DNA from: Octopus sinensis
Taxonomy: Eukaryota
Direction of reading: 5' to 3'
NCBI RefSeq assembly: GCF_006345805.1
Contig: NC_042998.1
Coordinates: forward strand, 45,446,001-45,510,000
Length of the DNA stretch: 64,000 nucleotides
A model generated the notes under the pieces. It saw nothing but the letters and a program-made list of their open reading frames with translations. It was not told the origin of the DNA and did no database searches. This document shows positions 52,397-64,000 of the stretch, piece after piece (position 1 is the first letter of the stretch; every line of letters starts with the position of its first letter). The translations under genes were made by a program, and so were the position numbers.

Positions 52397-53199
52397 GCTT
52401 TAACACACAAACTCATATAAAGAATCTTGCAAACCAAATCTAAAAACGAAATATTTCTATATAGTTTCTCTATAAATTCCCATTCTTTTAAGGCTGTTTT
52501 TAACTATTTTATTGTTTTTTGTTTTTTTTTCAACATCTATTTGTCTCCAAGAATTTAATCCTAATAGATTTTATTATTTACCTTCCGGCTGTTCATCCAC
52601 TAATCTTATTTATATAAATATGTATTGTAGAACAAAACTATAGAATGTGTATAAAATTTATTCATAAAAATTTTAAGACAACTTTTATCAATTACTTTTT
52701 ATTTGTTTCAGTCAGCGGACTATGGCCATGCTGGGGCACCACATGAAGGATTTTATAGTCAAACAAACTGACCCCAATATTTATTCTATCAGTTTCTTTT
52801 TTTCTACAAAAACCTGTCATATCAGATGGCAACCCATTTCACTAACATGATTATTCCAAAGACGATCTGTTCTTTATGGGTAGGAAACTTTTGAGTAGAG
52901 GCATCGTAAAGGTAGTTTTGAATGCAAATAGAAAATTGCAAATATATTTTATAGAAATAGCAATTACCTCAAAATCTTATACTGACATATCATCATCATC
53001 ATTCATCATCCATTTTCCATGCTGGCATGGGTTGGATAGTTTGACTGAGGTTTGGCAAGCCAGTGGGCTGCACCAGGCTCCAGTCTGATCTGGCAAGGTT
53101 TCTACAGCTGGATGCCATTCTTAACACCAATCACTCCGAGAGTGAAGTGGGTGCTTTTTCTACCTCGCGAAAGGTTATGATTATTCAAAACATGTTGCT

Positions 53200-53870
53200 T
53201 TAACCCTTTTGAGACCAACCCTTCAGAGACTGACCCTAGTTCTAGCTTACAAATTTCATGCTTTAACCGTTTAGCTGCAAGATCAAATTTGGTGGTTATT
53301 CCAATAATGTTAAATGTCTACCAAAAGATTGAATTGGTATTTTCTGTTGCCTCAGTAATCTTCAAATATCTCAACAAAAAACAGTTTTTCAAACAGGACA
53401 TTCCTCAACAAAAGATAGATTGGTATATAAAATTGATTTCCATAATTCAGAATCATGAAATTTTGAGTTGTTATATTTGATTTTTGCAGTAAAAGGGTTA
53501 AAATGATTAAACCCTTTAGTGTTCCAATTACTCTGTTAAATGTAATATTTTTTCACTTAAATTGTTTTGGATTAATCATGCATTATCTTGTAGCTTTGAG
53601 GTTTCAATGATGCAATTGTTTATTTTTAGAATGTCAATGTAGGTTAGGTGTGAGAGGCTAGATATCACCAGTTTGAACATAAAACATGTAGAATATCTGG
53701 GCCGGATATGGCCGGTTAAATTAGAACCTTCCATCAAGAAATGATGCTAATTTTTCAAATACCAGCTTAATAATAACAAAGTTATTTCACTAGATTCTTC
53801 ATTATTTTAAAAATTAAAATTGCAACTAAGACCACATATTTCAACAGAGATATGGTAAATAAAGGGCTAA
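53200..53870. mobile_element. Cluster of nested TTAA-type MITEs in the U12 intron
   Basis: TTAACCCTTTTGAGACC…GGTAAATAAAGGGCTAA outer ends; internal TTAACCGTTTAGCTGCAA…TTGCAGTAAAAGGGTTAA; a reverse copy of the 47298-47518 family. Confidence 0.7.
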
Positions 53871-54064
53871 TCTATATTTTGAAAATAATGAAAGAATGGT
53901 TAAATTCTAATAAGAATCTTAAACTGGCCTTGTTTACAGGATCTTAAACCAATGGAAAATTAATGGTCAATCTTGTGGCTTAACTATAGGGATATCAAGC
54001 TATATAATTCTTCTGTAAGTTATCTCAAAAGCATGAGACAAAAAGACATACATTTTTATATATT

Positions 54065-54470
54065 TACTAGCAGTATCGCCCAGCGTTGCTCGGGTTTGTA
54101 AGGGAAATAACTATATAAGCATTTTTAGAGATGTAAAGTATAATAGCCATCTCAATATGGCTAACCACAAAGGGGGGGGGGTGTTACTGTAGCTTTTTAC
54201 GTTCTGAGATTTAATAATACATTTTTAGAGAGTTACTTCCCTTATATAATAGCAACAAAATGCATTAAAAATGGGAAAAAATTATGATAAATGTTTTTTT
54301 TTAAATCGTAGACTCATCGTAGACATGCGCTAATACCCAGAAGGGCTCGATATGAATCACAACTATAAGATACCCGCTTTTGGTTACACTGCACCGCAAA
54401 ATGTGGGAGTAGTTAGGAATCTAAATCATAGGAGACAGACACACAACTTCACTTTTATATATAAAGATAT
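54065..54470 (+). mobile_element. Helentron/Helitron-associated non-autonomous element (candidate)
   Basis: Same 5' TACTAGCAGTATCGCCCAGCGTTGCTCGGGTTTGTAAGGGAAA as 27755; ends cttttatatataaagat. Confidence 0.55.
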
Positions 54471-55030
54471 TGTCTTATGATGAAAAAAGTTCCAATCAGC
54501 CAATTACTGTTCCACTTCATTTACTACGACAAGAGGGACATGTGAGTGTCTGTGCAAGCTGGACAGAGTAAATATTACACTTGAAAAACAGTGGTTTGTC
54601 AGTGCTCTCACTGAAAGATACTCAAACATATAACACACACACACACACATACATATATACTGAAGGTGCATGGCCTAGTGGTTAAGGTGTTGCACTCACA
54701 ATTGCAAGATTATGATTTCAATCCCCATACTGGCAGTGCATTGTCTTCTTGAGCAAAGCACTTCATTTCACCCGGTTTCAGTCCATTCTGCTGAAAATGT
54801 GTAACCCTGTGACGGAATGTTGGCCGGCCCTCCTATCCAGTAAGATGGCATCATTCAAAAGCTACAACAATGCAAGGGAGTACACTGTGACCAGTGGTGT
54901 TTAACAATATCCAACAGCCTGGTTGATACAGTGACAGAGAGAGACACACAGGCAAGCAGACACACATACATACATAAATACATGTGTAAAACACAAAAAC
55001 TGGGAAGTATGTTTAAAAATCATTCACTTA

Positions 55031-55448
55031 TAGGTGTAGGAGTGGCTGTGTGGTAAGTAGCTTGCTTATGAACCACATGGTTCCGGGTTCAGTCGCACTG
55101 CGTGGCACCTTGGGCAAGTGTCTTCTACTATAGCCTCAGGCCGACCAAAGCCTTGTGAGTGTATTTGGTAGACAGAAACTGAAAGAAGCTTGTCGTATAT
55201 ATGTATATATATATGTATGTATGTGTGTGTATATATGTTTGTGTGTCTGTGTTTGTTCCCCCAACATCGCTTGACAACCGATGCTGGTGTGTTTACATCC
55301 CCGTAACTTAGCGGTTCAGCAAAAGAGACCAATAGAATAAGTACTAGGCTTACAAAGAATAAGTCCTGGGGTTGATTTGCTTGACTAAAGGCGGTGCTCC
55401 AGTATGGCCACAGTCAAATGACTGAAACAAGTAAAAGAGTAAAAGAGT
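55031..55448 (+). mobile_element. tRNA-derived SINE family A (full length, in U12 intron)
   Basis: Near-consensus copy with a (gtaaaaga)2 tail. Confidence 0.9.
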
Positions 55449-55860
55449 TATAGCATCCTTACATGTGTTCCAGTGACTATTGTAAGGCTGAATTGTTTAA
55501 GACTAAACCTTATGTAATTCAGTCTTAGATTTGTCACTGAAACACATATAGAGATGATATATGTAATAAGTAAGTGAGTTTAGAGCAAACTTGTTAGTCC
55601 AGTTTCTTTCTATGTATACTCTGTGGGAGAATAAAAAAAAAAAAACTCTGTTTATACATATCTATAGACTTATATGTGTATATTTATGTAGGCTTGCATA
55701 TTTGTAGAAAATATATGCATGTGTGTATTTTAAATAACACAAATAGATATAGTTGAAGTACACAGGTATACTAACAGGTATAAAACAGGTATACTAATCT
55801 ATTAATAATCATGGCTCAATACTATGTTCATTAACATAATTCATTTCATCAAAAGGATAT

Positions 55861-55996
55861 TAACATAAAAAATAGCTAAAATAAGGTGACCAAGGACTCC
55901 AATATGTTCCCTTTTCCTTCCTCTAGGTTCAGTTGCACTCCAGAAGAGAGAGTCAAGGAAATCTTGTCCAATACCAATAAATAATTTATCTGCCAG
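55861..55996 (-). CDS. TAPT1: TAPT1 homolog, coding exon (5' of AT-AC intron)
   Basis: 136 bp; acceptor ttattacag|CTG. Translates LADKLFIGIGQDFLDSLFWSATEPRGRKREHIGVLGHLILAIFYV+A. Followed by the U12 donor ATATCCTTT. Confidence 0.93.
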
Positions 55997-56078
55997 CTGT
56001 AATAAAATGAAATAGAATAATATAAGTTGTTGACATCATTAGAATTTATAAGTTTCAAGAAAATGTGAAATAATTATA

Positions 56079-56642
56079 TTGGGTTGTCTGGAAAGTCCGT
56101 GCCGATTTTTAAAGGAAAGAAAAAGGTCAATAAATACTTGCCATTACATTTTTAATCAACCAGATAGGAACCATTTTGTTGCACAATGCGTCTCCATCTT
56201 TCCTTGAACTTGAAAATACCCTCTTCCCAGAATTGAGGTGGTTTCATGGCAAAGAATTCATCAAGGTATATATTTGTCATCCAAGGAATTGAAATTTTTA
56301 CCATTAAGACTATTCTGCAGAGACCTGAATAAGTGGAAATCCGAAGGAGCAATATCTGGTGAATATGGAGGGTGGGGTAACACATCCCAGCTGAGCTGCA
56401 GCAATTTTTGTCTGGTTCCCAAAGCTTCAAGTGCTGAAAATGAACTTTCTTATCTTCCATTTTAAAGGGTTACAGAACTAACACAGGTTATAGGAACATA
56501 AACCCTGTTCCATGAAAAGATAGCTTAAACTGTGCTCTAAATGGAGGTGTAGTCAATTCCTATTTTATGGACTCAATCATGTTCTAAAATAAGTTGAAAG
56601 GTAAGCTACTATAAATCGTCACAAACTTTCCAGACAACCCAA
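56079..56642 (-). mobile_element. Internally deleted mariner element with TIRs and TA target duplication
   Basis: TA|TTGGGTTGTCTGGAAAG … CTTTCCAGACAACCCAA|TA. The minus strand encodes MEDKKVHF fused to WDVLPHPPYSPDIAPSDFHLFRSLQ…ERWRRIVQQNGSY. Confidence 0.9.
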
Positions 56643-56899
56643 TAGTTAGAAACAGTGAAACTGAAGGCAGAAAAAGCTAAAAATGATAGTGTGTAAATAT
56701 TGGGGCTAAAAAACTCTTTAAATAGGAAAAGCCAAAGGTTGCCCACGAGATTTGAACCTAAATCTTCTATAAACATGACAGGTGTTCTGTGCAGCCTTCG
56801 ACTTTTCCTATCCAAGGGGTTTTTTCATCCAATATTCGCTTGCTTTGTCTGCTTTGAGTTTCACTGTTCCAAAAACAAAAATAATAAAATAAAATATAA

Positions 56900-57268
56900 A
56901 ACAAGGGACTCAGACAGAGCAAACCTCTGCCAAGGCAACACCAATGTCTTCTCAACAATTAGCTGGAGATGATTTTTAAAATGAGAATATCTGAAATAAA
57001 CTTGACTGCTTTCACAAACGAGAATACTAAAAATGAACCTGACTGCTCTCAAAATTTAAGTAAAAAAAAAAAAACCGGAAAAATAATCCAGAATCCTTGT
57101 CTGGTACCGGATCAATCCCCAAATCTAATCAGTTCATGCCAGTCATGAGGCCAAACATCCCTGAAAGTTTCATCCGAATCCACCCAGTGGTTCTTGAGCT
57201 ATCTTGTCCAGAGACAAACAAACATGACTGAAAACAATACCTCCACCTTCGGTAAGGCGGATATAATA
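56900..57268 (+). mobile_element. Helentron-associated (HINE-like) element, candidate
   Basis: 3' subterminal hairpin ctccaccttc-ggt-aaggcgga after gaaaacaatacc; aaagtttcatccgaatcc core typical of this class. Confidence 0.45.
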
Positions 57269-59884
57269 ATTGCAGGCATGACTGTGTGGTCAAGAAGATT
57301 ACTTCCCAAACATGTGGTCTTGGGTTCAGTCCCTGTGCGTGGCAACTCGAACAAGTGATGGTAATGTGACAAGCTTTTTTTCTTTCTAAATCTCCACCTA
57401 CCAAATCCACTTGCAAGGCTTTGGTTGGACTGAAACTATAGAAGACATTTGTCCAAGGTGTCATGTAGTAGGACTGAACTTGAAACTATGGGAAACAAAC
57501 TTTTTAACCATACAGCGATGTTTGCACTTTCAGTGTCAATAATATGTTCCAGTCATGTCACATATTATAACAGATAATGACACTGAAAACCTGTGCTACA
57601 AATTAAAATTTTGTGAGTGAAATTCAATGCAAAAGTGTATGTATCATCATCATTATTTCACATCCACCTTCTATGGTGGAATGGGTTGGACAGTTTGACA
57701 GGATCTGGTTTCTATGACTGGAAGCTCTTCCTAAGCATCAACCACTTTACAAAATGTATTTACACTATTTGTCTACAGAGAGGAATTTTCTCCATGACAA
57801 GACACATTGAATAGTTTTAGTACAGGTTTACAGGTTTGAATATGCCTGAAGCATATTTGAACTGGTAATAACCTATTTATATATATCACTGCTTACACTG
57901 TCTCACCCAATACTTTACAGAGCATACTGAGTGCAAGAGAAAGAAAAAGCTCCCTCAGTTGAATGAGATTGCAGTAGAGAGGGTTGTGGCTTTATGACAA
58001 GTGTTGAGAGGCAAAAGTATAATAGAGGGACAGGAAGAGGTGTTTTGTTATAGATGAGATATGGCTACTCTGCATTATATAAAGGCAGATGCAAGTGGTT
58101 GGAAAGAGAGACAAAGACAGGTGGTAAAGAGGTATCAGGGTGTAGTATCAAGGTACAAGAAGATGAGTATAAGAGAGAAGACAGACATAGGATTGTGAAG
58201 TGTAGGTTGGTAAGTTAGTAAGAGTATCATAGAAGAGTGATAGGTGGTTAGAGTTGGCGGTAGAACTGAATGTAGTAAATGGTGAACAAGAATGGAGGAA
58301 TGGTCAATAATAGATATTAGTTTGAGGTGTAAGGTAAAAGAAATAGGGGTGTCTCAGGAAAAAGGTATTGTAGTGTGTGTGTATATGTGCTTGTGTGTGT
58401 GTGTGTGTGTGTGTGTATTGTTATTTTATAATAATTACTGGTATCCTTATATATTACTATATTTTATATGTAAAGCATAATATGTTATATGTTTGTATAT
58501 TATTGTAATTATCAGTTTAGTAAATAAATAAGTTAATATAATATAATGTCTAAAAGTTGATGAACTATCTATTGTTCTCCTCCATTTTCTTATTTGCTAT
58601 ATAAATTAATGGTAAAATATCTCTTCACCTTCACCCATTAATACACTAGGTAATGTAATTGCAATGCAATAAAGAACACTTGTGTATTAATAATTGGGTA
58701 TTCTACCAGCAGTATATTGGATAGATATTATCCCTTAGCAGGTTGGATTCACAACCTCTAACTTTCTTGGAGTTACATATATATATATATGTATATATAT
58801 TTCTCTTTCTCAGTTCTACAGCCTCCCCCCCTCCAACTATTAACACCTGCTGTCAAACCCAACAACAATGACCATCCTTCACAATACTACCCATTCTGCA
58901 CTTTCTCACTCACCTGCTGATTCTACTTCAACTTCTCTCAATGCCCTAATTACTCGCCCCTCTCTCTTCTTGCTCTGACTCTCTTATCTCTTCTTGCCCT
59001 TCCTTACTTCAACACTCCCCACATGCCCCTCAAGCCACCTACTTCCTTGCTCCGCTTACTTCTATTAGCTTTCCTCTTCACACATTTTACTTTTCAATTT
59101 CCCTGCATTATGATTTGAAATGTTAGGTACTTATGTCTCCACCCTGAAGACAGTGACTGGATTTAACTAATGTTTATATGCTTCCACTACTAGTTGTACG
59201 TCCATGACTTTTTGCGAACTGCACTCGTCAACATTATGGTGTAATTCCAAACCCCAAGAAACAGCTGTTGGATCTGTAATACCATACAAATTTTTTGTGT
59301 CTTTGTACTCTGTGTGAGCCTGTTCTGTTAATATATCGATATTGCTATATTTATACACACACACAAGATGGACTACTTTTAGTTTCTGTCAACCGAATCC
59401 ACTCACAATTCTTTGATCAGACTGGGCTATTGTAGAAGACATTTGCTCAAGGTGCCACACATTGGAACTGAACCAAGAACTATGTGGTTGGGAAACAAGC
59501 TTCTTACCACACAGCCAAACCTATACCCATAGCATGGAAAAATTTATGCAAAAACTTTTTTCATAAAACTAAAAATAAAAGTGAACCATCTTCAGATATT
59601 AAAAAGAAATTATTATTTAAAAATGAAAAGATTAATATTATATAAGAAATTCATTTTTAATTTTATCAAAATCAGTTTTTTTTTTGTTTTTATATTCAGT
59701 TTTTCCACTGTTAATAAAGAAGGATTTTGAAATTTTGAAAATTTGCATACAACTGGATCAATTATTTTCACAACAAAATTCTCTTGCTGTATAGGAGCTT
59801 ATTCCAGTTTTCCAGACGTTAAACACATAAGAAACACTTATTCCTCAAGACATATCAGTCTATAACAGGTTCTGCTCATGGTGG

Positions 59885-60522
59885 GATTTCAGTTCAACGC
59901 CACAAGCTAACAAAATAGTTTCCACTTATGTATTAATCAAGTTCCTAGCTGAAGTGAATTGTATTTCATCATAGTGTCTCTTTCATTTAGTTTGATTGGG
60001 TCATTATGCATTAATTGGCTAATGATATGATGATGATGATGATGGGTATTTTAATCTAGGTCAACACTAATGACCTATGACCTTACAATGAAAAGTAATC
60101 TAGCCATGACCATCACATCCTTTTCAGATGTAGTTTATTTCAGACTAGGGTATTCAATATGCAATCCCTTAGTTGAAGATAGGATGTGGCTTGAGAGATT
60201 TCAGTTCAACGCCACAAGCTAACAAAATAGTTTCCACTTATGTATTAATCAAGTTCCTAGCTGAAGTGAATTGTATTTCATCATAGTGTCTCTTTCATTT
60301 AGTTTGATTGGGTCATTATGCATTAATTGGCTAAATGATGGTGATGATGATGATGATGGGTATTTTAATCTAGGTCAACACTAATTGACCTATTGACCTT
60401 ACAATGAAAAAGTAATCTAGCCATGACCATCACATCCTTTTCAGATGTAGTTTATTTCAGACTAGGTTATTCAATATGCAATCCCTTAGTTTTGAAGATA
60501 GGATGTGGCTTGAGAGAGATTT
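59885..60522. repeat. Tandem duplication, ~312-bp period
   Basis: gatttcagttcaacgccacaagc begins at 59885 and 60197. Confidence 0.95.
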
Positions 60523-60564
60523 AGCTTTGGCTGCTATTTCCAACAGGCAAAGTGATTATGTAAT

Positions 60565-61380
60565 TCCAGGGGAAAAAACTACAAGTAGTTAATAGCTTCC
60601 GTTAACTAGATGACCAAGTCAGTACCAGGGGTGGATACTCTGAAAGAGTAGCTGCTAGAGTAAGGATAGCCTGGCAAAGTTCAGAGAGCTCCTACCTCTG
60701 CTGGTGACAAAGGGCTTCTCGCTCAGAGTAAAAGGTAGACTGTATGATGCATGTGTGCGAACAGCTATGCTATATGGCAGTGAAACATGGGCCATGACTA
60801 CTGAGGACATGCATAAGCTCGCAAGGAATGAAGCCAGTATGCTCCGCTGGATGTGTAATGTCAGTGTGCATACATGATAGAGTGAAAGCGCCCTGAGAGA
60901 AAAGTTGGTCTTAAGAAGCATCAGATGTCGTGTGCAAGAGAGGTGACTGTGCTGGTATGATCATGTGTTGCGAATGAATGAGGACAGCTGTGTGAAAAAG
61001 TGTTACACCCTAGCAGTTGAAGGAACATGTGGAAGAGGTAGACCCAAGAAGACCTGGGAAGAGGTGGTGAAGCACAACCTTCAAATATTGGGCCTCACCG
61101 AAGCAATGACAAGTGACCGAGACCTTTGGAGATATGGTGTGCTTGAGAAGACCCAGCAAGCCAAGTGGGACCATAACAATGGCCTATGCCAATGTTGTAT
61201 AACCAGCCTGTTTGAGAGTACCATTCAATCACTGGACAATAAACTATACTTGCAAAGACCTGTTGAGGCAAGTGAAATCGCTGTCGTGGCCAATGACAAT
61301 GCCGCCTGATTGGCACCCATGCCAATGAAACGTTAAAAGCACCGTTTGAGTGTGATCGTTGCCAGGGCTGCTGACTAAGA
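60565..61380 (+). mobile_element. 5'-truncated RTE-clade LINE fragment
   Basis: Frameshifted LSLRVKGRLYDACVRTAMLYGSETW…GTCGRGRPKKTWEEVV; same family as 44330-45075 but opposite orientation. Confidence 0.88.
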
Positions 61381-62358
61381 TGCTGAAAATATACAGCAAC
61401 GTAGGAGATAATTTGCTCACCTGCATAACCAAATGGGTAATACAAAGAAGTGTATTCCCAATGACTGGCATAGCAGTCTCTTAGTCAACTACTACAAAGG
61501 CAAAGGAGGTGCTCTTGAAAGAAACAACTGCAGCAGTACCAAATTCATCATCATCATCGTTTAACGTCCACTTTCCATGCTAGCATGGGTTGGACGATTT
61601 GACTGAGGTCTGGCGAACCAGACTCCAATCTGATCTGGCAGAGTTTCTACAGCTGGATGCCCTTCCTAACGCCAACCACTCCGAGAGTGTAGTGGGTGCT
61701 TTTACATGCCACCGGCACGAGGGCCAGTTTGGTGGTACTGGCAATGGCCATGCTGAAATGGTGCTTTTTATGTGCCACCTGCACAGGAGCCAGTCCAGTG
61801 GCACTGGCAACGATGGACAAATTATGACAGTAGCAAAAAAAAAAAAAGTTATAGCACAAATAATTAGGGAGAGAATGAACTTGAATAAGCAGCAGTTCAG
61901 TTTGTACTGAGACATAGTGCCAACAATAGCCACTTCCTAGTGAGACAACTATAGGAGACATTCCTAGCTAAGAGCAAGCCACTCTATACAGCATTTCGTG
62001 AGTAGGCCTTTGGCAGTGGTACATGTTCTGTACTTTGTTGGTTGCTAAATGGTTTCAGCTGTGTACATTGTTAACAAAGTGGGAACAATGAATTTATTAA
62101 AGAACGAAGCATTCATCAAAACTCAGTTCTCAGGCCACCCCTCCTATTTGTTATCCAGGTCATAACAGAATAATTTAAAATTGGATGTCTATAGGAACTT
62201 TTGTATATTGATAACCTAGTTCTCATAGCAGAATCTGTCAAAACATTGAATTTAGAATCAGGAGGCCTTAAATTGCACCAAGTAGCTTTGAAGAGGAATA
62301 GATATTTTGTGATCTCAAACTCAGCCGTTGTAAAATATAAGAAGCAGTGGTTAGTTAC

Positions 62359-62521
62359 CTCAACAATATTATAAAATACGTAGAGCTTCAATACAGCTTG
62401 GCCACGTATAATGTGATACATCATTGAGATATCCAAATAGTTGAGGATGAAACAACTTAGCACTATGATTATGCCCTTGAGGATATCGCATGTCTGAGAA
62501 GGCTCTAATATTTTCCTGGAT
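62359..62521 (-). CDS. TAPT1: TAPT1 homolog, coding exon (first in window; gene 5' end outside window)
   Basis: 163 bp; acceptor ttttgcag|A, donor GAG|gtaact. Translates SRKILEPSQTCDILKGIIIVLSCFILNYLDISMMYHIIRGQAVLKLYVFYNIVE, recognisably the TAPT1/DUF747 segment (…CDILKG…SMMYH.IRGQ..KLY..YN..E). Confidence 0.95.
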
Positions 62522-64000
62522 CTGCAAAAAACAAAAGAAAAACAACAATAAAAGAACAACCAATAAAAAATGTGAACAAGAGTATTAACAATGTTGGTAA
62601 AGGATACTGTAGACATTAGTAGAAAGTTGAAATTATTACAGTGGGACAAAATCTCCCATACTCATACTACACTTAACCTAAAACCATTAAACTTAAATCA
62701 TTCAATCTAGATCATTTATCTTAGAGCAACTTACCAATTCAACTTACAAAATGTTAACTACTTAATTCAAAATAACTTCTAAATCCTAGTAGAAGAAACC
62801 TGCTCAAGGTTCCATGCAGTAGAACTGAACCCAAAACCATGTAGTTGCAAAGAGAGCTTCTTAACCACACGGTCAGGCCTACACCTAGCCAGACCTGATA
62901 TTTTCTTTCTTTCTTTTCTTTTTTTTTTTAAATATTTCCATTCTTCAAGGCGGCGAGCTGGCAGAAACATTAGCATGCCGGGCGAAATGTTTAGCAGTAT
63001 TTCATCTGTCTTTACGTTCTGGGTTCAAATTCCACTGAGGTTGCCTTTGCCTTTCATCCTTTCAAGGTCAATAAATTAAGTACCTATTTCTTTACTATCC
63101 ACAAGGGGCTAAACACAGAGAGGACAAACAAGGACCAACCCCAGTGCGTAACGAAAGGATGAAAGGCAAAGTCAACTTCGGCCGAATTTGAACTCAGAAT
63201 GTAGTGGCAGATGAAATATCTATTTCTTTACTACCCACAAGGGGCTAAACACAGAGGGGACAAAAAAGGACAGATAAACGGATTAAGTCGATTATATCGA
63301 CCCCAGTGCGTAACTGGTACTTAATTTATCGACCCCAAAAGGATGAAAGGCAAAGTCGACCTCGGCGGAATTTGAACTCAGAACGTTACGGCAGACAAAA
63401 TACCACTAAGCATTTCGCCCAGTGTGCTAACAATTCTGCCAGCTCGCTGCCTTGAGGTCAATAAATTAAGTACCAGTTGCATACTGAGGTCGATCTAATC
63501 GACTGCCCCCCACTCCCCCAAAATTTCAGGCCTTGTGCCTGGAGTAGAAAAGAATATTTCCATTCATTAAGTTCTTTCATTATTGAATATTTTCCTTCTT
63601 TATTTTTTTTTCAATAAAAACATAAACATACGAATGGTCAAAAGGCTGAATTTTGATAGACTATAGTAGAAGAATGAAGGCAAAGGAAAATAAGATTGAA
63701 TGAAAGAGGGTTGAATGCAAGGACTAATTTTATCATCATTATCATCATTTAATGTCTGCTTTCCATGCTGGTATGGGTTAGATGGCTTGACTGGAACTGG
63801 TAAGCCGGAGAGCTGCACCAAGTTCCAGTCTGATTTGGCATGGTTTCTAGGGTTGGATATCCTCCCTAACACCAACCACTCCAAGAGTGTAGTGGGTGCA
63901 TTTTACATGTAACCAGAGCAGCTGCCATCAAAGTTCATTTTTCTGATCATTCATATTTATATTTGTAATGAAATAAAAGAATGTATTCAAGAGTATTTAA

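Larger units (their letters stand above)
51474..55860 (-). other. U12-type (minor spliceosome) AT-AC intron of TAPT1, 4387 bp, phase 1
   Basis: 5' end ATATCCTTTT (55860-55851); branch-point-like TTTCCTTAT at 51492-51484 (A about 12 nt from the 3' end); terminal AC at 51475-51474. This junction keeps the frame (…FYV-I-LHS…). Confidence 0.92.

Noticed and set aside
63600-63720. Possible upstream TAPT1 exon (FSLLTIRMFMFLL)
   Set aside because: Only superficial hydrophobic resemblance, no usable donor site, and the ORF starts inside an RTE-tail repeat.

Overview
AT-rich eukaryotic genomic DNA, dense in repeats and microsatellites. The SINE/RTE repertoire suggests a coleoid cephalopod, probably Octopus (inference). 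The only protein gene I can support is the 3' part of a TAPT1 (transmembrane anterior posterior transformation 1) homolog on the minus strand. Eight coding exons between 62521 and 29795 join in frame to about 568 aa, and the 5' exons lie beyond the window. One intron (51474-55860) is a minor-spliceosome U12-type AT-AC intron. The 10-kb intron 31808-41860 holds a cluster of hammerhead-ribozyme motifs: a ~640-bp inverted repeat of Penelope-like architecture with a hammerhead motif in each arm, followed by a 312-bp, highly structured, (TA)n-flanked retrozyme-like element with a near-canonical type I hammerhead. The rest is tRNA-derived SINEs, RTE-LINE fragments, Tc1/mariner derivatives, nested TTAA (piggyBac-like) MITEs, Helentron-like elements, solo-LTR candidates, hairpins, tandem repeats and a 100-N gap. 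The first ~5.4 kb is free of repeats and retains CpGs; it has a bZIP/CCAAT motif cluster and a candidate microexon of a second minus-strand gene. Nearly all ORFs in the supplied track are spurious.
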